Positions 44,607-54,036 of a stretch of 64,000 nucleotides of DNA are shown piece by piece. The notes below the pieces were generated by a model that searched no databases, was not told the origin of the DNA, and worked only from the letters and a program-made list of their open reading frames with translations. Each line of letters begins with the position of its first letter. Position 1 is the first letter of the stretch. Source of the stretch: Anaerolineales bacterium. Lineage in GTDB: Bacteria > Chloroflexota > Anaerolineae > Anaerolineales > UBA11579. The DNA is taken from positions 1,706-65,705 of the forward strand of contig JBBDXQ010000108.1 of assembly GCA_040902265.1 (NCBI GenBank). Direction: 5' to 3'. Both the position numbers and the translations under genes were made by a program.

Positions 44607-45625
44607 GCAGCCGCCTTTGGCGGGCCTGGCGCTTGCTATTCAGTGGTCAGCTGGACCCCAGCGGCCAGCGCCAGATACCACCGATCAATAGCGAAGACTT
44701 GGCGGAGATCAAGCAATTCTTCCCCATGCCGAAATTCTTCATCTTTGGCCATGCTCGCTCAGGCACCACGCTATTGGCCCGCCTGATCCGCTTGCACCCC
44801 GATGTGCATTGCAATTGGCAGGCCCATTTTTTTACACGCCAGCCATTGCTAAGTGGAATGCTGGCAAGCTCAAAATTCGAAGCTTGGCTCTCACGCCCCA
44901 GCAACCGCTGGAACCGCGGCCGTGATTTGTCGCCGGTGGCTCTGCGTGCCATGAGTGACTACATCCTTGAGCGTGATGCAGTGCGCGAGGGAAAATCTGT
45001 GGTTGGGGACAAGAGCCCTAATGTTCTACTTGGAGGCCAGGCTGTTCGCGAAGCGCACCGCATTTATCCAGACGCTGCGTTGATCTACATCGTCCGTGAT
45101 GGCCGCGATACGTTGATCTCCCATCGTTTCCAGAATTTTATTGACGGGGCTCAGTTCCTTGCGCGCGCTGATTTGAAATTGCGCGATTCATTTGCCAGTA
45201 ATCCGGAACCCTTCTTTTCGGGCAAACGCTCTGTGTTCACCCCCCAGATACTTAAGAAAATGGCAAAGAGCTGGGCAGAAAACGTATCTGATACCGATCG
45301 ACTTGGACACCAACTTTATAGTGAACGCTATTTTTCGCTTCGTTACGAAGACCTTGTGGCACGTCCCTATGACATGTTGTCAAAAGTGTGGACCTTTCTC
45401 GGTGTGAACCCGGATACACTGGAGCCGCGCGTCAATCAGGAAATGGCTCAGAATCCTGATGCCGACTGGCAGAACAAAAAAGCTCCCGATCTGGCCGCAG
45501 CCTTGGAAAAGGGTAAGCGCGGTTCGTGGAAGCAGTTGTTCACCGAAGACGATAAGAGACTATTTAAAAAAGTCGCCGGAGACCAGTTGGTCACCTGGGG
45601 TTACGAGCAAAACCAGGATTGGTGA
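44603..45625 (+). CDS. sulfotransferase-family protein
   Basis: 340-aa ORF with an ATGA overlap. P-loop-like PSB 'FFIFGHARSGTTLLARLIRLHPDV', 'LIYIVRDGRDTLISHRF', 'LRYEDLV', C-terminal 'KGKRGSWKQLFT'. Confidence 0.75.
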   Translation: MSSRLWRAWRLLFSGQLDPSGQRQIPPINSEDLAEIKQFFPMPKFFIFGHARSGTTLLARLIRLHPDVHCNWQAHFFTRQPLLSGMLASSKFEAWLSRPSNRWNRGRDLSPVALRAMSDYILERDAVREGKSVVGDKSPNVLLGGQAVREAHRIYPDAALIYIVRDGRDTLISHRFQNFIDGAQFLARADLKLRDSFASNPEPFFSGKRSVFTPQILKKMAKSWAENVSDTDRLGHQLYSERYFSLRYEDLVARPYDMLSKVWTFLGVNPDTLEPRVNQEMAQNPDADWQNKKAPDLAAALEKGKRGSWKQLFTEDDKRLFKKVAGDQLVTWGYEQNQDW

Positions 45626-45626
45626 G

Positions 45627-46613
45627 ATGAAAATCCTCATTTCTGGGTTTGGCTCGATTGGGCGAAGGCACTTCCGCAATCTCAAGTCTTTAGGTGAGCG
45701 AGATATCTTGTTCCACCGCACCGGTTTCAGCCAGCTTCCCAACGAGGAGTTGGCCGGGCTGACCGTGGAAAACGACTTGGCGGCTGCATTGGGTCGCAAG
45801 CCAGACGCAGTGATCGTAGCGAATCCCACCGCCTTGCACTTGGACGTAGCCATTCCCGCGGCAAACGCAGGGTGCGCCTTGTTTTTGGAAAAACCGATCT
45901 CGCACAACATTGACAGAGTTGCTGAGTTGGAACGAGCGGCGAGAGCCAGTGGCAGTCGCCTGCTTGTCGGTTTTCAGTATCGCTTTCATCCCGGTTTGCA
46001 AAAGGCTTACGAATTCATCGCCTCGGGTGAGTTGGGCAAACCACTTTCCGCTCGTGCTCACTGGGGCGAATTCCTACCTAGCTGGCATCCTTGGGAAGAC
46101 TATCGCCGGGGCTATAGCGCCCGCAGTGATCTGGGCGGCGGGGTTGTGCTCACCCTGTGCCACCCCTTCGATTATTTGCGCATGTTGCTGGGTGATGTGG
46201 CCTCTGTGTGGGCTTCAACAGCTCACAGCGGCGAATTGGATATTGATGTGGAAGACCAGGCTGAGATCGGGCTGGAGTTCGAAAGCGGAGCGTTGGGTTC
46301 GATACATTTGGATTATCTGCAAAAGCCCGGTTCCCATTGGCTGGAAGTTACCTGCGCTCACGGCGCATTGCGACTTGACTTCAGTAGTAACCTACTCAAA
46401 ATTACTCGCTCTTCGAGCAGCGGCGAACAAGAGTTCCCCGCACCAGTTGGCTTTGAGCGCAACGACCTGTTCCTGGCACAAATGCGCCATTTCATTGAAG
46501 TCGCTAAAGGGGAAACGCAGCCAAAGTGTACGTTGACCGATGGGCGGAAAGCGCTGGAACTCGCTCTGGCGGTACACGCCTCGGCAGTAGAGGGGCATAA
46601 AGTTATCCCCTAG
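45627..46613 (+). CDS. Gfo/Idh/MocA-family NAD(P)-dependent sugar oxidoreductase
   Basis: ATG 45627 lies 1 nt after the upstream stop. 'MKILISGFGSIGRRHFRNL', 'AVIVANPTALH', 'LFLEKPISHN' (EKP motif). Confidence 0.85.
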   Translation: MKILISGFGSIGRRHFRNLKSLGERDILFHRTGFSQLPNEELAGLTVENDLAAALGRKPDAVIVANPTALHLDVAIPAANAGCALFLEKPISHNIDRVAELERAARASGSRLLVGFQYRFHPGLQKAYEFIASGELGKPLSARAHWGEFLPSWHPWEDYRRGYSARSDLGGGVVLTLCHPFDYLRMLLGDVASVWASTAHSGELDIDVEDQAEIGLEFESGALGSIHLDYLQKPGSHWLEVTCAHGALRLDFSSNLLKITRSSSSGEQEFPAPVGFERNDLFLAQMRHFIEVAKGETQPKCTLTDGRKALELALAVHASAVEGHKVIP

Positions 46614-46614
46614 A

Positions 46615-48228
46615 TCATTTCTGAGGCGGGATTAGATCCCAGAGGATGCTTTCAGATCCCTCGCGGAAGTAATAGGGGATGCCGTCGATCACATAAAGCT
46701 GGTAAGTCACTAAATAAGGCGCAAACTGCTCATCAGTATTTTCCCAGATCTGCGCAACCACATCCGGTTGTAAGATCCCGATCGAATACGCATAGTCCCA
46801 TTTGTTGTGCCCAGGGCGATAGCTGCCTGGCTCAAATAAACTGGAATTGATATGCACAGGCCCGCGAGCGATGATGGCGTCGTTCTTCCCCAACAGGTCG
46901 ATACTGGTGCGTTCTGAGAAGTATGGGATATTTCCAGCAGTCACTACGGCAATCGTCGCGTTTTGTGTAGTTACTGCTTTCAAAGCTAATCCCATCAAGC
47001 TGTAGCGTTCTACACTTTCAGCGAACACCGGCTTCTCGACTAAAGTCCACTTAGCGATGCCATCATTGACTAGGAGCGTATTGAAGCTAAACAGGCTGAA
47101 AATGCAGAACGCAGCCAGAAAAACACTTGCGACAGGAGTTGCCAAAGCCATCTTTTTCCACCCGGTGCTCAAGAGTAGGTCATGAATGTAGCCCAAAGTA
47201 TGAGTGAACAGAATGAAGAAAAGAGGCATAACCGCCGCGATAAAGCGGTTAGCGCCACCTATATGCTCCCAAGCATCACCCCCAACGTAGATGCTATAAG
47301 CCACCTGGCTCAGAAATACCGCAAAGAGCGGCCAGAGAATTTTTCTCTTATCTAGTGATGGCAGGGTCAGCGGGATGGCGAACAAAACCCAATTGGACGC
47401 CCAAACAAAATCCCAGAAGCGGCGTAAACCAATGCTGAGGCGTAAAAGCAATGAGACGCCACCAAGCTTCAGGTAATAGGTATTTGGCAACCAATCCCCA
47501 TAGTAGTTAATTCGAAACAAGGTGAGCGTGCCCAGGACAAATGCAACTGCCCCAAGCCCCCAGATCAAGTGTTCTTTGCGGCGCTTGGGGTCGATCCATG
47601 CAAATGCAGCCGTGGCAGCCAGGGCAGGCGCAGCCGCATCCATGCGCAGCAGGACCCCCAGGCCGAAAAGCACAGCCATCCACGGTGAAAAGATATTCCG
47701 TTTGAACGCCCTCACCCCAAGCAGTAAAGCGGAGCTAAGCAACAAAGCTTCTAATCCCACCTCCATTCCCTGTAGGCTCCAATTATTGAGCGGAAAGTAG
47801 AAGGCGGTGAAGAAAGCCGCCAGCAAAGGTACGAACTTGTTATTTGTCAGTTCCTCAGCCAACCATTTGACAACCGCCAGATTGAGGAGCAAAAAAAGTA
47901 AGCTGATTAACTTCACATAAAGACTGGTTTGGGCTAACGGGATAGGAAGCACATGGATTCCAGCCATTAGTAGCACCCATAATGGGTTGCTAAAGCCTTC
48001 AACCCTTTCTCCCCCTGCATTCCATACCAGACCCTGACCCTGCGCCAGATTTTTTGCATACTGCATCGAGATCATGGCGTCATCAAACAAGGCGTGTATT
48101 TGTGTCCCTTCGGCAAAGACAACAGTGCGTTGGATAAACGCCCAGCCATACAACGCGAAGACCACGAGCAGTAGCACAAAGAGGATTTGTTGCCAGTTGG
48201 GCGGTTTCATATAATAGTCATTGTTCAA
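46615..48228 (-). CDS. GT-C-like polytopic membrane protein (tandem paralogue 1)
   Basis: 537-aa ORF. 'ALFDDAMISMQYAKNLAQGQGLVWNAGGERVEGFSNPLWVL' follows TM1; about 11 or more TM segments; a C-terminal soluble domain carries 'AVVTAGNIPYFSER' and 'RPGHNKWDY'. Near-identical blocks occur in the adjacent ORF. Confidence 0.6.
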   Translation of the reverse strand: MNNDYYMKPPNWQQILFVLLLVVFALYGWAFIQRTVVFAEGTQIHALFDDAMISMQYAKNLAQGQGLVWNAGGERVEGFSNPLWVLLMAGIHVLPIPLAQTSLYVKLISLLFLLLNLAVVKWLAEELTNNKFVPLLAAFFTAFYFPLNNWSLQGMEVGLEALLLSSALLLGVRAFKRNIFSPWMAVLFGLGVLLRMDAAAPALAATAAFAWIDPKRRKEHLIWGLGAVAFVLGTLTLFRINYYGDWLPNTYYLKLGGVSLLLRLSIGLRRFWDFVWASNWVLFAIPLTLPSLDKRKILWPLFAVFLSQVAYSIYVGGDAWEHIGGANRFIAAVMPLFFILFTHTLGYIHDLLLSTGWKKMALATPVASVFLAAFCIFSLFSFNTLLVNDGIAKWTLVEKPVFAESVERYSLMGLALKAVTTQNATIAVVTAGNIPYFSERTSIDLLGKNDAIIARGPVHINSSLFEPGSYRPGHNKWDYAYSIGILQPDVVAQIWENTDEQFAPYLVTYQLYVIDGIPYYFREGSESILWDLIPPQK

Positions 48229-49852
48229 TTTTGCTTTTTACCAGCTCCCACAGCACATGTTCAGAATCAACCCGGATGAATAGCGGGAAACCGTCGATCT
48301 CGAAGTATTCATATCCCCCCGCCTCCAAATAAGGCGCCATCTCGCGACTGCTGCCCCAGATTTGCGCCACAATATCCGGGCTGAGCTCGACGATCGAGCG
48401 CTGGTAGTCCCACTTGTTGTGCCCCGGCCGGAAAACTTCTTCCACGTTGTCAAACGATCCACCGCTTTCGTGCGGCTGACTGCGGGCGATCACCTTGTCA
48501 CTTTTGCCCAACATGTCGATGCCGGCTCGTTCGGCGAAATAGATGATGTTGCCGGCAGTTACCACCGCGATCTGCGCCTGATCGTCCGTGATCTTGTTGA
48601 TCAGCAAACCCAGGGTCGCATAGCGTTGTGTCCCGGCTACAAAGATCGGCCGCTTGAGTGTGGCCCACTTGGCGAAGGCGTCGTTTTCCTTGATCACATT
48701 GAAACTGAACAGGCTGGCGGCCACAAACGCAGCCAGCAAGGCCTGGCTGACCAAGGAGGTCCAGCCACCACCCGGCCTTAATCCGGTCAAGAGGCGGCGC
48801 AGCTTGTCGGCGGATTGCACAAATAATAAAAAGAACAGGGGCATGGCCAGGGCGATGAAACGGTTCGCCCCGCCTTTGTGCTCCCAGGCATCCCCGCCAA
48901 CATAAATACTGTAGGCTACCTGGCCTAGCAGTAAGCCGAACAGCAATAACGTGGGTATATCAGGCCAGAGTAGTAAGAGCAACAAGGGTAGGACAACCAA
49001 GAACCAACCCGAGTCCCAAATGAAATCAAGAAATACTGAAAAACCGCGTTGCAACCGGTCACCCAAGGGGATACCAACGATCTTCAAGTAATAGGTATTC
49101 GGCAGCCATTCACCGTAATACCAATAACGTAGGGTGGTCTGCCCCACTAGAGAGAAAGCCAGTAACCCAAATCCCCAAATCAGGTGGCCTCTTCGAAGCC
49201 TAGGATCTTTCCACGCAAAAAACACGGTCATCACGACCAGCGGCACCACCATGTCGATACGCACCAAGGTCCCTACCGCCAATAGTACATAGGGCCATGG
49301 CGAAAAAGCGGCCATTTTCCAGCTTCTTAAGGCCAGCCAGACTGACGTGCTCAATATCAAAGCCAATAACCCCACTTCCATGCCTTGCAGGCTCCAGTTG
49401 TTCAAGTGGAAATAAAAGGCAGTCAGGAAAACCGCCAGCAAGGGAGCTAAAAAGCTTTTAAGAGATTGCCTTGCGATTGCCCAGACCACCAACAGGTTAG
49501 CCAACAAAAACACAGCCCCGCTAACTTGCACAGCCAGGCTAACTTGCGAACTAGCGATCGGGAATAAATGGAATAAGGCCATGTAGAGTACCCACAGCGG
49601 GTTGCTAAACCCCTCCACTCTTTCACCGCCACCATTCCAAACCATGCCTTCTCCGTCTGCCAGGTTGCGGGCGTATTGCATGGAGATCATGGCGTCGTCG
49701 AAGAGCGCATAGTATCGTTGCCCATCCACTTCAAAACTGGTGCGCTCGATGAAACGAAAAGAATACACCGAAAAGGCGGTTAAAACCGCAACTAAGCCCA
49801 CCAGGCTGAGAAGCATGGTGTTTTTCGGCGTAAACTGCGGCGGTTTTATCAT
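48218..49852 (-). CDS. GT-C-like polytopic membrane protein (tandem paralogue 2)
   Basis: 544-aa ORF overlapping its downstream paralogue by 11 nt. 'ALFDDAMISMQYARNLADGEGMVWNGGGERVEGFSNPLWVL', 'YSIYVGGDAWEHKGGANRFIA', 'AVVTAGNIIYFAER', 'RPGHNKWDY'. Confidence 0.6.
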   Translation of the reverse strand: MIKPPQFTPKNTMLLSLVGLVAVLTAFSVYSFRFIERTSFEVDGQRYYALFDDAMISMQYARNLADGEGMVWNGGGERVEGFSNPLWVLYMALFHLFPIASSQVSLAVQVSGAVFLLANLLVVWAIARQSLKSFLAPLLAVFLTAFYFHLNNWSLQGMEVGLLALILSTSVWLALRSWKMAAFSPWPYVLLAVGTLVRIDMVVPLVVMTVFFAWKDPRLRRGHLIWGFGLLAFSLVGQTTLRYWYYGEWLPNTYYLKIVGIPLGDRLQRGFSVFLDFIWDSGWFLVVLPLLLLLLWPDIPTLLLFGLLLGQVAYSIYVGGDAWEHKGGANRFIALAMPLFFLLFVQSADKLRRLLTGLRPGGGWTSLVSQALLAAFVAASLFSFNVIKENDAFAKWATLKRPIFVAGTQRYATLGLLINKITDDQAQIAVVTAGNIIYFAERAGIDMLGKSDKVIARSQPHESGGSFDNVEEVFRPGHNKWDYQRSIVELSPDIVAQIWGSSREMAPYLEAGGYEYFEIDGFPLFIRVDSEHVLWELVKSKIEQ

Positions 49853-49861
49853 GTGGGTGGC

Positions 49862-49867
49862 ATTATA
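49862..49867 (-). promoter_or_regulatory. -10-like TATAAT (minus strand) 9 nt upstream of the ATG at 49852 (possible near-leaderless start)
   Basis: The minus strand reads gTATAATgccacccacATG. No SD in the spacer. Confidence 0.35.
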
Positions 49868-49969
49868 TACATTGGTTTCATCGAATTGTTCTCCAAAAGA
49901 AAATAATTAAATATCACGTGGAGGGGTGGCTGCATATTCAAGGTGATGACGGCTATCTTGGTGTTAAAT

Positions 49970-49977
49970 CCCCCCCC
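49970..49977. repeat. C8/G8 homopolymer tract in the divergent intergenic region
   Basis: 'gttaaatCCCCCCCCtctacc', read directly. Confidence 0.9.
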
Positions 49978-50106
49978 TCTACCAGGGAGTATTAAAGCAC
50001 GGAATCGTGAATTCCAGCTCGTATTGGGCTCTTTGTCAAGGGTCGCAGGGCCTTCATACTAAGCTGAGTTGTTAATACGCGCTCAATACACGTTTGCTTT
50101 TCTTCA

Positions 50107-50115
50107 TGGTATTAT
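50107..50115 (+). promoter_or_regulatory. extended -10-like element (TGgTATTAT) upstream of sat-cysC
   Basis: 'tcttcaTGgTATTATttcc'. No good -35 at a 17-nt spacing. Confidence 0.35.
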
Positions 50116-50133
50116 TTCCTAAGCACCCCCTTG

Positions 50134-50161
50134 ACAGCCTGCTTATTAAGCAGGCTGTTTT
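50134..50161 (+). promoter_or_regulatory. perfect 12-bp inverted repeat (ACAGCCTGCTTA-t-TAAGCAGGCTGT) followed by TTTTAT in the sat-cysC leader; attenuator-type hairpin or operator
   Basis: Read directly. Its left edge overlaps a TTGACA hexamer (50131-50136). SD GGAG (50187-50190) and ATG 50196 follow. Confidence 0.45.
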
Positions 50162-50195
50162 ATGCCGTGTAAAAAACCACTGTATTGGAGCATAA

Positions 50196-51953
<1,758 letters not shown>

Positions 51954-51956
51954 TTA

Positions 51957-51974
51957 GGGGCAGAGATCTGCCCC
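51957..51974 (+). promoter_or_regulatory. intercistronic GC hairpin (GGGGCAGA-ga-TCTGCCCC) with no U-tract
   Basis: Read directly, between the sat-cysC stop (51953) and the SDR start (51980). Confidence 0.3.
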
Positions 51975-51979
51975 GACAA

Positions 51980-52801
51980 ATGGCAAACCTGGCGAAGTCC
52001 TTTGACTTGAGTGGCCGCGTCGCCGTGGTGACCGGTGGCGCCGGTCTGCTCGGACGCCAGTTTTGCACCACTTTAGTTGAGGCAGGCGCTGCTGTGCTTG
52101 TGGCCGATGTGAATAGCGCGTCGGCTGAGCAAGTCGCCAAAGACCTTATCGCCGCCGGGCACACCGCCGCAGCCCACCCAACAGACGTTGGCGATCTGGC
52201 TTCAGTGCAGGCCATGGCTGTGGCTGCCATCCAGCTGTTTGGCCGCCTCGACATCCTGGTGAACAGCGCCGCACTCGATCCCAAATTCGACCAGGCCAGC
52301 CAAGCTAAACACAACACCGCTTTCGAAGAGTATCCGCTCCTGGCTTGGGAAGCTGCCATGAGGGTCAACCTTACCGGTGCATTCCTTTGCTCTCAGGTTG
52401 CAATCCGCCCCATGCTTGAGCAAGGCAGCGGGGTCATTGTTAACATCTGCTCCACGTACGGTCTTGGGGGTCCGGACCAACGCATTTATCAGAAACCCGG
52501 AATCGCCGCACAATACAAACCGGTCGACTATACCGTGACCAAGGCCGGTATCCTCGGCCTGACAAAATACCTGGCTACCTATTATGGCGACAAGAACATT
52601 CGCGTCAATGCGCTCACCCCTGGCGGCGTCTTCAACGCCCACGATGAGGAATTTACCAAAGCCTATTCTGCTCGCACGGTGTTGGGCCGCATGGCCGAGC
52701 CTTCTGAGATGAACGGCGCTCTGCTATTCCTGGCTTCCGATGCGTCTAGCTACATGACAGGAGCTAACCTGGTAGTTGACGGCGGATGGACGGCGTGGTG
52801 A
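51980..52801 (+). CDS. classical short-chain dehydrogenase/reductase (FabG/gluconate-5-dehydrogenase-like)
   Basis: 273-aa ORF. 'VAVVTGGAGLLGRQF', 'NSAA', 'YTVTKAGILGLTKYLA' (YxxxK), 'IRVNALTPGGV'. Confidence 0.85.
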   Translation: MANLAKSFDLSGRVAVVTGGAGLLGRQFCTTLVEAGAAVLVADVNSASAEQVAKDLIAAGHTAAAHPTDVGDLASVQAMAVAAIQLFGRLDILVNSAALDPKFDQASQAKHNTAFEEYPLLAWEAAMRVNLTGAFLCSQVAIRPMLEQGSGVIVNICSTYGLGGPDQRIYQKPGIAAQYKPVDYTVTKAGILGLTKYLATYYGDKNIRVNALTPGGVFNAHDEEFTKAYSARTVLGRMAEPSEMNGALLFLASDASSYMTGANLVVDGGWTAW

Positions 52802-54036
52802 GCCCCAAACAACCCGAGGTGCTTGCCATCGTGCCGGCTCGGGGCGGCTCGAAAAGCATCCCGCGCAAGAACGCGCAGCCCTTTCTTGGCCATCCACTGG
52901 TAGCTTTCAGCATTGCCGCCGGGCTCCAGTCAAAAAGCGTCGGCAGGGTCATTGTCTCGACAGATGACGAAGCGTTGGCAGAACTTGCCCGCCATTACGG
53001 CGCGGAAACGCCATTCTTGCGGCCTACCGAGTATGCCCAGGACGACTCGCCGGATCTGCCGGCTTTCCAGCATGCACTGCGCTGGCTGGCCAAGAATGAA
53101 AAGTACCGGCCTGATATCGTGGTTCAATTGCGCCCTACCTCGCCATTGCGTCCCAGAGACCTGGTGGACCGCTCCGTAGAGACATTGTTAGCGCATAATG
53201 AAGCGGATTCCGTGCGCGGCGTTGCTCCCGCCGGACAGAATCCCTACAAGATGTGGACTATTTCAAAAGAAGGTGGCATGCAGCCCCTGTTGAAAACAAG
53301 GGGACTGGCTGAACCCTACAATGCTCCGCGCCAGGCTTTGCCGCTTACCTATTGGCAGACCGGTCATATCGATGCGATACGCACACACACCATATTGAAG
53401 AAGGGCAGCATGAGCGGAGAAGTGATTTGGCCGGTACTGATCGATCCGCGTTACGCGGTGGATATCGATACACTAAACGATTGGCGTCGCGCTGAATGGC
53501 TGGCTGCCTCCGGCGAACTCGACATGGTCCGCCCGGGTTCCGCCCCGCGTCCACTGCCCAGCCAGGTCAAATTACTCGTCATGGATTTTGACGGGGTGCT
53601 TACGGATAACCGCGTCTGGGTTAATGAAGTAGGCAACGAGCAAGTGGCTGCCAACCGCAGTGATGGCCTGGGGGTCAAAATGCTGCTCAAAGCCGGAGTG
53701 ACTGTGCTGGTCATCTCGATGGAGGAGAATCCCGTCGTGGCTCGCCGCTGTGAGAAATTGGGCATTTCTTATAAAAAAGGGATTGCCAATAAAGGCCCGC
53801 TCTTGCAAGAGATCCTGGCCGAGCGTTCTGTTTCCGCGAATGAAGCTGTTTTCCTTGGCAACGATATTAACGACCTGCCATGTTTCCCGCTGGTGGCCTG
53901 CGGCGTTGCGGTTGCGGATGCGCATCCCGAAGTGATCCGAAAAGCGGATCTTGTGCTGGGCAAGCGCGGCGGTCAGGGCGCCGTGCGCGAACTGTGCGAC
54001 TTGATCCTGGCGAATAACTCCAAGGAGATTAAATGA
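52786..54036 (+). CDS. fusion protein: acylneuraminate-type cytidylyltransferase (N-terminal) plus KdsC/YrbI-type HAD sugar-phosphate phosphatase (C-terminal)
   Basis: 416-aa ORF. N-terminal 'LAIVPARGGSKSIPRKN', 'VIVSTDD', 'VVQLRPTSPLR'. C-terminal 'LLVMDFDGVLTDNRVWV', 'DGLGVKML', 'VFLGNDINDLP', 'GGQGAVRELCDLIL'. Confidence 0.8.
   Translation: MDGVVSPKQPEVLAIVPARGGSKSIPRKNAQPFLGHPLVAFSIAAGLQSKSVGRVIVSTDDEALAELARHYGAETPFLRPTEYAQDDSPDLPAFQHALRWLAKNEKYRPDIVVQLRPTSPLRPRDLVDRSVETLLAHNEADSVRGVAPAGQNPYKMWTISKEGGMQPLLKTRGLAEPYNAPRQALPLTYWQTGHIDAIRTHTILKKGSMSGEVIWPVLIDPRYAVDIDTLNDWRRAEWLAASGELDMVRPGSAPRPLPSQVKLLVMDFDGVLTDNRVWVNEVGNEQVAANRSDGLGVKMLLKAGVTVLVISMEENPVVARRCEKLGISYKKGIANKGPLLQEILAERSVSANEAVFLGNDINDLPCFPLVACGVAVADAHPEVIRKADLVLGKRGGQGAVRELCDLILANNSKEIK

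Noticed and set aside
45910-46536. 208-aa + strand ORF in an alternative frame of the Gfo/Idh/MocA gene; similarly 59917-60468 (183 aa) inside the DUF4910 gene
   Set aside because: The overlapping frames carry clear family motifs ('EKPIS'; the 'IPYVFKVYQRDWGLC' block). The alternative-frame products are Cys/Trp/Ser/Leu/Pro-rich and look non-protein-like.
49853-50195. Possible riboswitch, sRNA or tRNA in the 343-nt divergent intergenic region
   Set aside because: I could not recognise any known riboswitch core (SAM, cobalamin, etc.), tRNA cloverleaf or conserved sRNA structure by eye. Only the palindrome/hairpin at 50134-50158 and short 4-5-bp stems are present. An Rfam scan is needed for a definitive negative.
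51957-51974. The GC hairpin after sat-cysC as a rho-independent terminator
   Set aside because: No U-tract follows (the sequence is gacaaATG), and the next gene starts 6 nt later. It is more likely an mRNA-stability or processing element, or incidental. It is kept as a low-confidence regulatory feature only.
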